64,000 nt of DNA from a virus (IMGVR_UViG_3300001336_000001:202836-266835), one strand, 5' to 3'; shown: positions 28,149-38,769, numbered from the stretch's first letter. The notes: generated by a model not told the origin, from the sequence alone. Translations and numbers: made by a program.

Positions 28149-29399
28149 ATGAGTTCAAATAGAAAAATCAAAGTTTTAGTAGTACCTTCAGACGGTACTG
28201 GTGTAGGGGCTTACAGGTCAATAAATCCACATATAGGTCTTGAAAAATATTATCAAGATGAATTTCATATAGACATCAATAATGACCCAAATTTAAATGA
28301 TGATGAATATATTAAAAAATACGATATAATTCACTATCACCGAACACTAGGTCCATACGAATCACATGACAAAATAGTTGACAAAATAGAAAAACTTGGT
28401 GTAGTACCAATTATGGATATTGATGATTATTGGTCACCAGGTAAACACCATCCAGCTTATTTGATGATTAAAAACGCCAAGATGGATGAAAAAATTTTGA
28501 ATAATGTTAAAGGTGCCAAATACATAACAACCACAACCGAATTATTTGCTGACGAAATTAGAAAATTTAATAAAAATGTTTTTGTGTTACCAAATGCGAT
28601 AAATACAGAAGACCAACAATTTATACCAAAACCAGAAAAATCAGACAGAGTTAGAATTGGTTGGCTTGGAGGGAGCTCACATCTTGAAGATTTAAAACTA
28701 TTAAGTGGTTTGGTTAGTAAATTAAAATCTGATAAACTTTTAGATAGAGTACAATTTGTATTATGTGGTTTCGACTTAAGAGGTACTATGACAATGATTG
28801 ACCCAAAAACTGGACAAAAAACTCAAAGACCAATAAAACCAAAAGAAAGTGTTTGGTACAAATATGAACAAATATTTACTGATGACTACAAATCAGTTAG
28901 TGAAGACTATAAAAAATTCTTGTTAGATTTTAAAAAGGAAGAGTACCCAAATGTTATGGATGAACCATATCGCAGAGTGTGGACCAAACCAGTTAGTACA
29001 TACGCAACTAATTATAATTTATTTGACATTTCATTGGCACCATTGGTTAATAATAAGTTTAATTTGATGAAATCACAATTAAAGGTAATTGAATCTGGTT
29101 TCCATAAAAAAGCTTTAATTACCCAAGACTTTGGACCATACCGAATTGATTTAGTTAACGCAAATATTAGACCAAGTAAAGGTGAATCAACCATACCCTT
29201 TAATACTGAAGCCAATGCTTATATGGTATCTAATGACAATAAACAATGGTACCAATTTATTAAACGATTGATTAATAACCCAGAACAAATAAACATATTG
29301 GGTGAAAATCTTTATAATACAGTTAAAGATACCTATAGTATTGAAGCGGTTTCAAAACATAGGAGAGGTTTGTATCTATCATTATTAAATAAACAATAA
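28149..29399 (+). CDS. Glycosyltransferase, GT-B fold (GT4-like)
   Basis: GVGAYRS..P, MDIDDYW, VLPNAI, RIGWLGGSSH..DL, DISLAPL..NKFN.MKS.LKVIE. Confidence 0.88.
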   Translation: MSSNRKIKVLVVPSDGTGVGAYRSINPHIGLEKYYQDEFHIDINNDPNLNDDEYIKKYDIIHYHRTLGPYESHDKIVDKIEKLGVVPIMDIDDYWSPGKHHPAYLMIKNAKMDEKILNNVKGAKYITTTTELFADEIRKFNKNVFVLPNAINTEDQQFIPKPEKSDRVRIGWLGGSSHLEDLKLLSGLVSKLKSDKLLDRVQFVLCGFDLRGTMTMIDPKTGQKTQRPIKPKESVWYKYEQIFTDDYKSVSEDYKKFLLDFKKEEYPNVMDEPYRRVWTKPVSTYATNYNLFDISLAPLVNNKFNLMKSQLKVIESGFHKKALITQDFGPYRIDLVNANIRPSKGESTIPFNTEANAYMVSNDNKQWYQFIKRLINNPEQINILGENLYNTVKDTYSIEAVSKHRRGLYLSLLNKQ

Positions 29400-29406
29400 A
29401 AAAATT

Positions 29407-29997
29407 ATGGCTAAAAAAACTAACATTAAAAACGATGCTTTGGACGCTTTAATAGGTAAAAGTGTTGCTAATAATAAAAATTACGAAAAAGAGGTTGGTA
29501 AAAAAGTTAAAAAATTAAGTAAACAAATGAAAAAAGATAAGGATAAAATGTTGCTCTTAATGGGTGTTAAACCAAAGTGTGAAGAAAAATTAAGTTTCTT
29601 TACAAGAATAAAAATATGGTTTTCAACACTCTTGTTTAAAGTTAAAAATAGAAAAAAACTTAAACGTGCGTCAACTTTGATTAACTATGACCCAAACCAA
29701 GGTAGGAATAACATACCAGTAGAGTTATTAATTAAAATGAGGGAGTCTTTTAATGTAAACGTGGGTGAGTTTAACCATAGTACAGATATTGAAATGGTTG
29801 ACGTTATAGGTGTAAAACCCGCAACGTTAAATAATGACTTTTTTGAAGAATTATTAGACACCGATAATTCAGATTTAACTTGTGTGGATGAATATGAAAA
29901 TAAAGAACGAATTAAAATTTTGAAGATAAAAGAAACAGCAAAGGCTTCAAAATCATTAAAAAATATTGAAAATAAAATTAATAATGGTAGTATTTAG
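29407..29997 (+). CDS. Hypothetical Lys-rich protein
   Basis: ORF fills the operon. Confidence 0.55.
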   Translation: MAKKTNIKNDALDALIGKSVANNKNYEKEVGKKVKKLSKQMKKDKDKMLLLMGVKPKCEEKLSFFTRIKIWFSTLLFKVKNRKKLKRASTLINYDPNQGRNNIPVELLIKMRESFNVNVGEFNHSTDIEMVDVIGVKPATLNNDFFEELLDTDNSDLTCVDEYENKERIKILKIKETAKASKSLKNIENKINNGSI

Positions 29998-30103
29998 TGG
30001 GTTATTCGGAGCATTCCAATATACAATAAATGAAAAAGGGTTATTCGGTGTTTGTTTTTTTGACAAAATAATGATAACAAAAGATGGGTTTGGAGTATTA
30101 TGA
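29984..30103 (+). CDS. Small 39-aa ORF MVVFSGLFGAFQYTINEKGLFGVCFFDKIMITKDGFGVL (missing from the ORF track)
   Basis: Bridges the gap; overlaps the upstream stop; its TGA overlaps the next ATG (ATGA). Confidence 0.45.
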   Translation: MVVFSGLFGAFQYTINEKGLFGVCFFDKIMITKDGFGVL

Positions 30104-30903
30104 ACGAAATTGGTATAATTGGTTATGGTTTTGTGGGTAAAGCAACTGCCGAATTAAAATCGGTGGTTAATATTAATGTGTATGACCCAATCTACTCAGA
30201 TTTTAACAAGAAAGAATCACTAAAAAAAGCATACACCTCAGACATCGTAATCTGTTGTGTACCCACACCACAAGATGATGATGGGTTAATAGACTTATCA
30301 ATTCTTGATGAATCTATAAAAACATGGGTTGATTTTGGTATGGTTGGTGTTTTCACTATTAAGTCAACAATCCCATGTGGTACAGTTGATTATTATAATG
30401 GAAAATACAATACAAACAAAATTATACACAACCCAGAGTTTTTAACTGAAAGAACACACATAGAAGATTTCTTAAACCCAACTGACGTTGTTATAGGTGG
30501 TGACCCGATACATTGTAATGGTCTGTACAAGGTATATAAATTATTCTATTCTGATTTGGATATTGATATTAATATTTGTACAGCAAAAGAAGCTGAGTTA
30601 TTAAAAACTGTTAGAAATAGTTTTTATGCAACAAAAGTTATATTCATGAATGAAATTTATACATTATGTTCCGAACTAGGTGTTAATTATGAAGAATATC
30701 AAAAAATATTAACAAATAATGGTAAACACCCATGGTGGGGTCCACAACATACAGAGGTTCCTGGTCACGATGGTAAGTTTGGTTATGGTGGTAAATGCTT
30801 TCCAAAGGATGTTTCTGGATTATATAACTTAGCACTACAACATGGTGTTGAATTGAGTGTCTTAAAAGCAGCTAAAGATAAAAATAGCATTATTAGGGAA
30901 TAA
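30100..30903 (+). CDS. UDP-glucose/GDP-mannose 6-dehydrogenase family (short form without the C-terminal domain)
   Basis: GYGFVG, CVPTP, IKSTIPCGT, NPEFL.E, AELLK...N, GYGGKCFPKD with catalytic Cys. Confidence 0.9.
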   Translation: MNEIGIIGYGFVGKATAELKSVVNINVYDPIYSDFNKKESLKKAYTSDIVICCVPTPQDDDGLIDLSILDESIKTWVDFGMVGVFTIKSTIPCGTVDYYNGKYNTNKIIHNPEFLTERTHIEDFLNPTDVVIGGDPIHCNGLYKVYKLFYSDLDIDINICTAKEAELLKTVRNSFYATKVIFMNEIYTLCSELGVNYEEYQKILTNNGKHPWWGPQHTEVPGHDGKFGYGGKCFPKDVSGLYNLALQHGVELSVLKAAKDKNSIIRE

Positions 30904-30916
30904 TAAAAATAATATC

Positions 30917-30947
30917 TTGAAATGTTTTAAATTTATTAGTATATTTG
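30917..30947 (+). promoter_or_regulatory. Bacteroidota-type promoter TTG-N20-TATATTTG
   Basis: -33/-7 consensus upstream of the HD-like, dUTPase and GMP reductase genes. Confidence 0.7.
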
Positions 30948-30980
30948 CCACATAACATAATAAATTTAAAATCAAAAAAA

Positions 30981-31532
30981 ATGTCACTAACTAAAGAAAA
31001 AATCTTAAAAAACGCTAAAAAATTTCACGAAACAGGTGTTAAACTTGGGTTTGTTAATGATGAACTAATGGGATTATTAGGTGAAGAGTTTATTAGTGCA
31101 CCAGCAACAACAAACTCATTTAATGCGTTTGATGGTGGGCTAATCCTGCACATTTTAAACACAACCAAATACGCCATATCATTTAATGATATGTTACCCG
31201 AAGATAAAAAGGTAAATCAAGATTCCTTAATTAAGGTTTGCTTTTTACACCAATTAGGTAAAGCAAAAATGTTTACACCACAGACTGATGAGTGGAGAAG
31301 AACTAAATTGGGTGAATTATACACATTTACTGAAAATACCTTAAGTATGAAAGTCGCTGAACGCTCAATCTATTTTGCAATGAAAGGTAAAATAGATTTA
31401 ACCGAAGATGAAGTGTTTGCAATTTTTAATTACAACGAAGATTTCTCGACAAGACCAATAGTAAATGAAGGTGAAAAATTGGCTGGTATATTAAGAATCG
31501 CCAATCAGATGGCAATGTTTATTGAAAAATAA
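30981..31532 (+). CDS. HD-superfamily-like protein (HD replaced by HQ)
   Basis: APA.....AFDGGLILH...VCFLHQLGK...LTEDEVFAI; probable start ATG 30981. Confidence 0.65.
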   Translation: MSLTKEKILKNAKKFHETGVKLGFVNDELMGLLGEEFISAPATTNSFNAFDGGLILHILNTTKYAISFNDMLPEDKKVNQDSLIKVCFLHQLGKAKMFTPQTDEWRRTKLGELYTFTENTLSMKVAERSIYFAMKGKIDLTEDEVFAIFNYNEDFSTRPIVNEGEKLAGILRIANQMAMFIEK

Positions 31533-31538
31533 TTAAAT

Positions 31539-32117
31539 ATGAGTGAAGAAATTGACAAACTAAAAGAAAAGTTGTTTGAGGCAATTGACTCAAACACATC
31601 ATATTCTTATGATGATTTTATTACGGATTATAGTAATAACCAAACATCAACATTATCATTCGATTTAGATGCATTTAAACAAAAAATTAACTTTGTTAAC
31701 ACAAGTGATAATCCAGACCCAGAGTACGCAACAGAAGGTTCCGCTGGGTTTGATATTCGTTCATCTGTTGACGAAATATTGGAACCTAGTGAATTTAAGA
31801 CAATACCAACTGGTTTATACTTTGAAACACCTAATAATTTTGAATTACAAGTTAGGCCCAGAAGCGGTTTAGCGTCTAGGAATGGTGTAACAGTATTAAA
31901 TGCACCTGGGACTATAGATTCTGACTATCGTGGTGAAATTAAAGTAATTTTAATAAATCATGGTAAGAAGCCTTTTGTAATCGAAAAAGGTGATAGAATA
32001 GCACAAATAGTTGTTGCACAAACAATCAGCCCATTTGTAAACTTAGTAAAAGTAGAGCAAATATCCGATAATACACAACGTAGTACTGGTGGTTTTGGTA
32101 GTACTGGTGTTAAATAA
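31539..32117 (+). CDS. dut: dUTPase (trimeric)
   Basis: AGFDI, PRSGLA, GTIDSDYRGEI, GDRIAQ, RSTGGFGSTG. Confidence 0.97.
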   Translation: MSEEIDKLKEKLFEAIDSNTSYSYDDFITDYSNNQTSTLSFDLDAFKQKINFVNTSDNPDPEYATEGSAGFDIRSSVDEILEPSEFKTIPTGLYFETPNNFELQVRPRSGLASRNGVTVLNAPGTIDSDYRGEIKVILINHGKKPFVIEKGDRIAQIVVAQTISPFVNLVKVEQISDNTQRSTGGFGSTGVK

Positions 32118-32127
32118 ATAACAAAAT

Positions 32128-33195
32128 ATGGGAATTTCAACAGATACTAAATTAGATTTTAATGACATTTTAATAAAACCTGCTGTACTTACAAATATTT
32201 CCAGTAGGTCACAGATTAATCCGTTTGATAAAAACGGTATGCTACCAATATTCACAGCACCAATGGATACTGTTGTTGATTCAACAAATTGTGATTTATT
32301 TAACGAATTAAAGATAAATATAACATTACCTAGGGGTGAGAAAAGAACACAAAATAATATGTTCGAATCATACTCACTTAAACAGTTTGTGGATACATTC
32401 TTAACCGTTAACGATGAGTCACAAACCAAATGGGATAATAGTGAGTTACCATTGTATGTTTTAATTGACACAGCAAATGGTCACACTCAAGATTTAATTA
32501 ACGCTGTTAAATCAGCTAAAGAATTATACAAAAATGATATGGTGTTAATGGTTGGTAATATCGCTAACCCAGAAACCTATAGTTTATTGTCTAATGCTGG
32601 GGCTGATTATATCAGATGTGGTATTGGTAACGGAAATGCCTGCCTAACTACACAACAACTAGGTATTGGATTTCCAATGGGTTCTTTAATTTCAGAATGT
32701 TATACAGAATCATTAAAACTGGACAATCCAGCAAAAATAGTTGCTGATGGTGGTATGAAAGATTATTCAGATATTATTAAAGCATTGGCACTTGGTGCTG
32801 ATTATGCTATGATTGGTAGTCTTTTTAATAAATGTGTTGAATCTTGTGGTGATAGTTACATCACAACTTCAGGTAAACCACTCAAAATAACCAATAAAGA
32901 AGCTATTAATCACTTTTACAATAGTGATTTAGGTGAGGGTAAAATAGTTAAACTTTTTAGAGGGATGTCAACTAAAGATGTTCAGAAAAAGTGGGGTAAG
33001 GAAAAGTTAACAACATCAGAAGGCGTGGTTAGGTATCGTGAAGTTGAATATGGTTTAGGTGGTTGGGTTGATAATTTCGAATCGTATTTACGTTCAGCTA
33101 TGAGTTACACCAATTCTATAGATTTAAATCAATTTATTAATAGTTCTGAATTTATAAGAATTAGTGATAATGCATATCATAGATTTAAAAAGTGA
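32128..33195 (+). CDS. GMP reductase / IMP dehydrogenase family (no CBS domains)
   Basis: LDFNDILIKP, APMDTV, IDTANGH, GIGNGNACLT (catalytic Cys), ADGG, KALALGAD, FRGMS, SEG. Confidence 0.9.
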   Translation: MGISTDTKLDFNDILIKPAVLTNISSRSQINPFDKNGMLPIFTAPMDTVVDSTNCDLFNELKINITLPRGEKRTQNNMFESYSLKQFVDTFLTVNDESQTKWDNSELPLYVLIDTANGHTQDLINAVKSAKELYKNDMVLMVGNIANPETYSLLSNAGADYIRCGIGNGNACLTTQQLGIGFPMGSLISECYTESLKLDNPAKIVADGGMKDYSDIIKALALGADYAMIGSLFNKCVESCGDSYITTSGKPLKITNKEAINHFYNSDLGEGKIVKLFRGMSTKDVQKKWGKEKLTTSEGVVRYREVEYGLGGWVDNFESYLRSAMSYTNSIDLNQFINSSEFIRISDNAYHRFKK

Positions 33196-33755
33196 GTAGG
33201 AAAATGAAATATAATCGATTAAGTTTATTAAATAATTTCGAAAATTTAAACGAAATATTTGATACCGACATATCCACTAATTTTAAGGTGATTGATTATG
33301 GTGATTATATTTCATACAATTTTAAAACCAATAGTAATACAGAATATGATTTAGAATTACATTATACATCCGAACGATGTCAAACTAAATTATCAAACGG
33401 TGAAGTCTTATCATCAATGTTAACTAATAAATGTATTGATGATGAAATTGAGGGTTTTGATATAGCATTTACATTAACACATGTTTCAGATAAAAACAAC
33501 CCTGATGAGTTTGAAAAAGAAACGAATAAACATGAATATATTGAGTTATTTGGAAGGATAACTAATATTTTGAAAAATGTAATAACCAAACATAGGACAT
33601 ACGATTTGTTCATTGTTGGTTATTCAAGAAGAAATAAATTAAAAATATATAAACAAATATTTGAAAACCACTTTAAAAATGAATTCGAGTTGCTGTATGG
33701 TAACTCACAACATCATCCAGGTGGTGAATCATTATTTGTTATTAGAAAAAAATAA
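33192..33755 (+). CDS. Hypothetical protein
   Basis: GTGA-coupled ORF. Confidence 0.6.
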   Translation: MSRKMKYNRLSLLNNFENLNEIFDTDISTNFKVIDYGDYISYNFKTNSNTEYDLELHYTSERCQTKLSNGEVLSSMLTNKCIDDEIEGFDIAFTLTHVSDKNNPDEFEKETNKHEYIELFGRITNILKNVITKHRTYDLFIVGYSRRNKLKIYKQIFENHFKNEFELLYGNSQHHPGGESLFVIRKK

Positions 33756-33761
33756 AACAAC

Positions 33762-34889
33762 ATGATTAGTATAGTTTATTGTACAAGAGAAGAAAATAAC
33801 AAGCACAAAGAACATTTATTTAAAGCTTGTGGTAACCCCAAAGTTGAGATTATTGAATACGTGAATAAAGGTGAAAGTTTAACTAAATTCTATAATAGAG
33901 GATTAAAAGAAAGTAGGTACGACATAGTTTTGTTTGTACATGATGATATCATCATAGAAACTCGACAGTTAGCTGTTAAAACGGTTAAAATGTTTGAAGC
34001 TAATAAGGAGTATGGTATTATCGGTATTGCTGGTACCAAATATTTGGCTAAATCTGGTAGATGGTGGGAAAACCCAAGAAAAATGTATGGGAGAGTAAAA
34101 CACACACATGAAGGTAAAACTTGGGATTCAAACTATAGTGCCGACCAAGGTAGATTAATCAATGAAGTAATCACAGTTGATGGATTGTTCTTTGCTGTTC
34201 ACAAAGGTAGAATTAAAAAACACTTTGATGAAACAGTAGATGGATTCCACTTCTATGATGTTGACTTTTGTTTTAGAAACTACTTAGAGGGTGTTAAAAT
34301 AGGTTTAACTACACAATTCAAGGTTAATCATATGTCAATTGGTGAAACCAATGATGAATGGGAAAAAAATAGGGTTTTATTCTCAGAAAAATACGCAGAA
34401 CACTTACCAACAATTATCGAGGAAAAATTTGATTTTCGTAAATTAAATGTTATGATTGCTAGTGTAAATGAGTATGGGAATGTTACTAGTAATTTAGAGT
34501 TATCCAAGGGGTTAATTGATTTAAATTGTGATGTTACATTGGTTAGTAATTTTAACACTAAAGAGTTGATGTTAGCAAAACAGAGTGGTGCTAAATTGGC
34601 TCCGTTATCAGAACCACCAGGCTTTAAAGTTGGGGATGGTAGATTTGCAATACAAGGACCTAATGGTCCACAACTATCTGAGGTTGGTAAAACTTATAAA
34701 TTAGGGTTGACACCATATGATATCATATACAGTGACAACGAAGAAATATTTAAGTCTTATAAAAAAATGTATCCAGAATGTAAGATTGTTGATATAGAAT
34801 CAAAAGAATATTACACATGTGATAAAACACCGAAAGGGTATAAAGAATTATTCGTTAAAACATTTAATGATGAGTCAACCACTGATTAA
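33762..34889 (+). CDS. Glycosyltransferase, GT-A fold (GT2-like), with a C-terminal extra domain
   Basis: YNRGL, LFVHDD, GIIGIAG, VDGLF, FDE...GFHFYDVDFC. Confidence 0.88.
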   Translation: MISIVYCTREENNKHKEHLFKACGNPKVEIIEYVNKGESLTKFYNRGLKESRYDIVLFVHDDIIIETRQLAVKTVKMFEANKEYGIIGIAGTKYLAKSGRWWENPRKMYGRVKHTHEGKTWDSNYSADQGRLINEVITVDGLFFAVHKGRIKKHFDETVDGFHFYDVDFCFRNYLEGVKIGLTTQFKVNHMSIGETNDEWEKNRVLFSEKYAEHLPTIIEEKFDFRKLNVMIASVNEYGNVTSNLELSKGLIDLNCDVTLVSNFNTKELMLAKQSGAKLAPLSEPPGFKVGDGRFAIQGPNGPQLSEVGKTYKLGLTPYDIIYSDNEEIFKSYKKMYPECKIVDIESKEYYTCDKTPKGYKELFVKTFNDESTTD

Positions 34890-35517
34890 CATATTAACTA
34901 GAACATCAAATAGGCCTAATTTTTTTAAACGAAATGTTGAAAGTATAAAATCACAAACGTATAAAAATATTAGGCATATTGTTTCTTGTGATGATGAATC
35001 AGACCTAAATTATATTAATCAGTATGATAATATAACGGTGGTTAAAATTGATAAAGAAAAATTAATAGCTGAAGATAATTCACCAAACCCAAGAACTGGA
35101 AAATATTCACCACATAATCTATATTTTAACGAAATGTTAAAAATTGTTGATAGTGGTTGGGTTATCATATTAGATGATGATGATGTATTTTCATCTGAAA
35201 AATCAGTTGAAAAAATTGTAAATAATTTAGATGGTGAAGACTCAATGGTTATATGGCAAATGAATTTTATCGGTGGTATTAATTTACCACCATTAGATTT
35301 AATTTACCAACAACCCGTATTAGGTAAAATTGGGTCACCTTGTTTTACATTTAATATTAACCAGTTGGGTGATATTAAATGGGATGGTTGGAAATGTGGT
35401 GATTTTAGATTTATCACACATATTTATAATAAAGTAGGTAAAAAAATAATAATACCAGAAGTTTTGGTTGATATTAATAATATCGGTTCTGGTAATAAAA
35501 ATGATGTTTTAAATTGA
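34867..35517 (+). CDS. Glycosyltransferase family 2
   Basis: PLINILTRTSNRP, SIKSQTYKN, IVSCDD, ILDDDD, GDFRFI. Confidence 0.88.
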   Translation: MMSQPLINILTRTSNRPNFFKRNVESIKSQTYKNIRHIVSCDDESDLNYINQYDNITVVKIDKEKLIAEDNSPNPRTGKYSPHNLYFNEMLKIVDSGWVIILDDDDVFSSEKSVEKIVNNLDGEDSMVIWQMNFIGGINLPPLDLIYQQPVLGKIGSPCFTFNINQLGDIKWDGWKCGDFRFITHIYNKVGKKIIIPEVLVDINNIGSGNKNDVLN

Positions 35518-35523
35518 AAATTA

Positions 35524-35994
35524 ATGGATGAAAATTTAAACGGTTGGGCAATATCAGATGAGTTATTTAAATGGTTAACTGAAAACCTACCTAAAGGTAA
35601 AACTATTTTAGAGTTTGGTAGTGGTAGAGGCACCATTGAATTAACAAAATTATGGACAGTTTATTCAGTTGAGCAAGATAAAAAATGGTTAGGTATTGCG
35701 TCAGACGCAAAATACATATACGCCCCAATAAAAGATGGTTGGTATGATTCAGATATTGTATTTAGTGAAATACCTAAAGAATATGATTTAATAATTATTG
35801 ATGGACCAATGGGTTCAGATTTAAGGTTCGGTATAGATAAACACCTTGATAAATTAAACACAAACATACCAATAATTATTGATGATACACATAGAGAAAA
35901 AGATAAAACACACGCAATAACATTAGCTAAAACTTTAAATAAAGATTGGTTAGAAATTGAAGGGTGGGAAAAGAATTTTATCGCATTAGTTTAA
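35524..35994 (+). CDS. Class I SAM-dependent methyltransferase (glycan-modifying type)
   Basis: ILEFGSGRGT, SVEQD..W, YDLIIIDGP, IIIDDT.R. Confidence 0.85.
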   Translation: MDENLNGWAISDELFKWLTENLPKGKTILEFGSGRGTIELTKLWTVYSVEQDKKWLGIASDAKYIYAPIKDGWYDSDIVFSEIPKEYDLIIIDGPMGSDLRFGIDKHLDKLNTNIPIIIDDTHREKDKTHAITLAKTLNKDWLEIEGWEKNFIALV

Positions 35995-36004
35995 TGAATA
36001 GGAT

Positions 36005-37654
36005 ATGAAGATACCAAAAATAATACACCAAATATGGATTGGGCCAAAAGATAAACCAGTTTTTACAGAAAATTGGGCGAAAATGAATCCAGATTATGAA
36101 TATATATTATGGGATGATGAAAAAGTTAAATCTTTAAAATTAATCAATAAAAAACAATACGATTTGTTTGGTAAACAATATCATGGTAAAAGTGATGTAT
36201 TACGTTATGAAATATTAATGAAATACGGTGGTATATATATTGATGCTGATTGCGAACCGCTTAGACCGTTAGATGATTTTTTATTAGAATCTGACTTTTT
36301 TTCTTGTTATGCTAATGAAAAACTCAGGGGTGATAGACTAGCAAATGGTATTATTGGGTGTGTAAAGAATCATTTTATAATGCGTGAAATGGTAAACACG
36401 ATAAATAATATACATATTATAGATAAACAACCATTTGAATTAGTTGGACCCGTATTATTTACTAAAATATATAATGATAATGGTAAACCAGGTATTATAT
36501 ACCCTAGTCATTATTTTTTACCAGAGTTTTATAATGGTGATAAATACAATGGTAATTTCAAACCTTTTTCTTATCACTATTGGGGGACAACAAAATCTTT
36601 ATATTCCAATGGTGGTAAAGGTAAATCCACACTTTATAAGAAAAAAAAGAATGGGTATAGTATAATAGTTACTGCATATCAAACAAGTCAATATATTGAG
36701 GAATGTTTAGATTCTATAATGTTACAGGATTATTTTCTTAATAATTATGATTATGAAATCTTATTGGGTATTGATGGTTGTGATGAAACTTTAAATATGA
36801 TTAAGAAAATACAAGGCAAATATCACAACCTAAGGGTTTTTTATATGGAAAAAAATATGGGGACATACGTCACATCTAATACATTAATAAAACATACTAA
36901 ATATGGTAGGATAATTAGATTCGATTCTGATGATATAATGTTACCAGATATGGTTAGTAGGGTGGATAATAGACTTACTAGTAATGATGTTGTTAGATTA
37001 GGTTTTTATGATTTCACAAATAATAACACAAAAGCCAAACCTGGAACATTTGTCGCTCACGGGGCAATATGTTATAAAAAAAAGGTCATATTTGAATTGG
37101 GCGGATATAGGAATTGGCCATGCAGTGCTGATACTGATTTAATATATAGGTTTAAACCAGAATATAAAGTTTTTGATAATAATGAATATTATTTTTATAG
37201 AAGGGTGCATAATAATTCATTAACTAAAAACAACACAACAGGTATTCAAACAAATGTTAGGAAGGAAATCAATGCAAAACTAAAAAAAGGTTTTGAATAC
37301 GTTGAACCAGTTACAAATGATTTTATTGAAATTTACCCAGAAGAATATATCGGTGAAATAAAATATAATTTTATAACTAGACATGTTGTACAAACTAAAA
37401 ACCAAAAAACAAACTCAAGACCACCCACAAGAGCAAAATTAAAACAACAACAAACTGAAAAACAAAAAGAAATTAACATAAAACCAGAGGTTAAAAACAC
37501 ACCAACAATATCCAAAAAAGCCATACCAGTTAACCCATCAAAACTATATATACCAACGGAAAACCCATCATCAACACAAAAAATACACGATGAATTAGCC
37601 GCTGGTAGATTAAGGAAGGGTAGAGGTTATAACCCAAGACATAAAAAATGGTGA
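36005..37654 (+). CDS. Fused glycosyltransferase: GT32 (OCH1-like DXD) plus GT2, with a basic low-complexity tail
   Basis: IPKIIHQIWIG, SDVLRYEIL.KYGGIYIDAD, GP..FT; then YSIIVTAY, GIDG, RFDSDD, ADTD. Confidence 0.9.
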   Translation: MKIPKIIHQIWIGPKDKPVFTENWAKMNPDYEYILWDDEKVKSLKLINKKQYDLFGKQYHGKSDVLRYEILMKYGGIYIDADCEPLRPLDDFLLESDFFSCYANEKLRGDRLANGIIGCVKNHFIMREMVNTINNIHIIDKQPFELVGPVLFTKIYNDNGKPGIIYPSHYFLPEFYNGDKYNGNFKPFSYHYWGTTKSLYSNGGKGKSTLYKKKKNGYSIIVTAYQTSQYIEECLDSIMLQDYFLNNYDYEILLGIDGCDETLNMIKKIQGKYHNLRVFYMEKNMGTYVTSNTLIKHTKYGRIIRFDSDDIMLPDMVSRVDNRLTSNDVVRLGFYDFTNNNTKAKPGTFVAHGAICYKKKVIFELGGYRNWPCSADTDLIYRFKPEYKVFDNNEYYFYRRVHNNSLTKNNTTGIQTNVRKEINAKLKKGFEYVEPVTNDFIEIYPEEYIGEIKYNFITRHVVQTKNQKTNSRPPTRAKLKQQQTEKQKEINIKPEVKNTPTISKKAIPVNPSKLYIPTENPSSTQKIHDELAAGRLRKGRGYNPRHKKW

Positions 37655-37680
37655 TATGATGTTTACATATCACCATTTTT
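37644..37680. terminator. 15-bp inverted repeat (terminator and/or operator) overlapping the stop codon and the next -35 box
   Basis: AAAAATGGTGATATG-7nt-CATATCACCATTTTT. Confidence 0.7.
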
Positions 37681-37690
37681 GTTTTATATT
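37662..37690 (+). promoter_or_regulatory. Putative middle-class promoter TTTACA-N17-TATATT
   Basis: Upstream of the 37708 operon. Confidence 0.5.
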
Positions 37691-37707
37691 AAATCAAAAA
37701 TTTATTT

Positions 37708-38769
37708 ATGAAGAATTGGTTTAAAAAACAATTTATCGCCATCAGTATGGCTATGGGTAATGTTGAGAAGCAAGTCTTAACCCAGGATGGTTTTGATTTA
37801 TCTAACAATAGTGGTACACATCAAAGTAAAAATCAAAACTCACTAATGGGAGCCCTATTGCGTGGTGAGTTAACTCAAGAAGTTAAAGAGCTTAGATGGG
37901 CTATGTATAAAGCTTTTAGAGAAAGTAAAAGTAGAAGATTAATACCATTATTAGATGAGGAAGGGAAACCAAAAACCGATGCTGACGGGAATGTTATTTT
38001 TACAGTTGAATATTCTGGTGATGAAGCTAAATTGAGACAAATTAAAACTGATGAGACTGATGAATATAAATTAATAATGGTTGTTGATAATGCAATAATA
38101 ACTAAAAGTAATTTAGAGGTATTCGACAGTGTAGATGGTACCTTAGATACTGATGAAGAATTATTAGTTAACGCTAAAGAAACTAAGGGTAATTTAGGTA
38201 GTAATATCACAATTGATACTGAGGATAAGGTTGATAGCGGATATGAGTTAAACGAATCTTTATTTATTAAAAAAACTGATGAAGTTAATGTTTATGGTTT
38301 TGTTAAGGATAATAGGAATGGTGGTTATGAAAAACCAATAAATATAACTAGAGAAGTGCCACCAAAATTTAAAATTGAAAATTACGCCGAAAAATTACAC
38401 GTTAAAAGTGTTGATGAGGTAAATGGTGAGTTCCTATTAGAGTTTTATTTATCAAAATACCCAGACCCGCACGATAGAAAAACTAATTTATTAATTTCTG
38501 ACATTAAAAAGATAATTGAAAAATACAGATATAATTCGATGTTGGATTTTAAATCGGTTGAATATGTTACAAATAACACTGTGGGGGTTCAAGATTATCT
38601 ATACTTTAAATTTGATATAATTAAGTTTGAAAAAATAACAGAGTTCAATCGTTTTTATGTTATCAAGTTTTTAGCAAAGGTTATTGAGAACGGTATAGAT
38701 TTAGTTGAGCAATATGTTTCACCAGAAATGGAGGAAAAGTATAATAATAAAGCAGAAAAAAAGAAATAA
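37708..38769 (+). CDS. Hypothetical protein
   Basis: 353-aa ORF abutting phoH. Confidence 0.7.
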   Translation: MKNWFKKQFIAISMAMGNVEKQVLTQDGFDLSNNSGTHQSKNQNSLMGALLRGELTQEVKELRWAMYKAFRESKSRRLIPLLDEEGKPKTDADGNVIFTVEYSGDEAKLRQIKTDETDEYKLIMVVDNAIITKSNLEVFDSVDGTLDTDEELLVNAKETKGNLGSNITIDTEDKVDSGYELNESLFIKKTDEVNVYGFVKDNRNGGYEKPINITREVPPKFKIENYAEKLHVKSVDEVNGEFLLEFYLSKYPDPHDRKTNLLISDIKKIIEKYRYNSMLDFKSVEYVTNNTVGVQDYLYFKFDIIKFEKITEFNRFYVIKFLAKVIENGIDLVEQYVSPEMEEKYNNKAEKKK

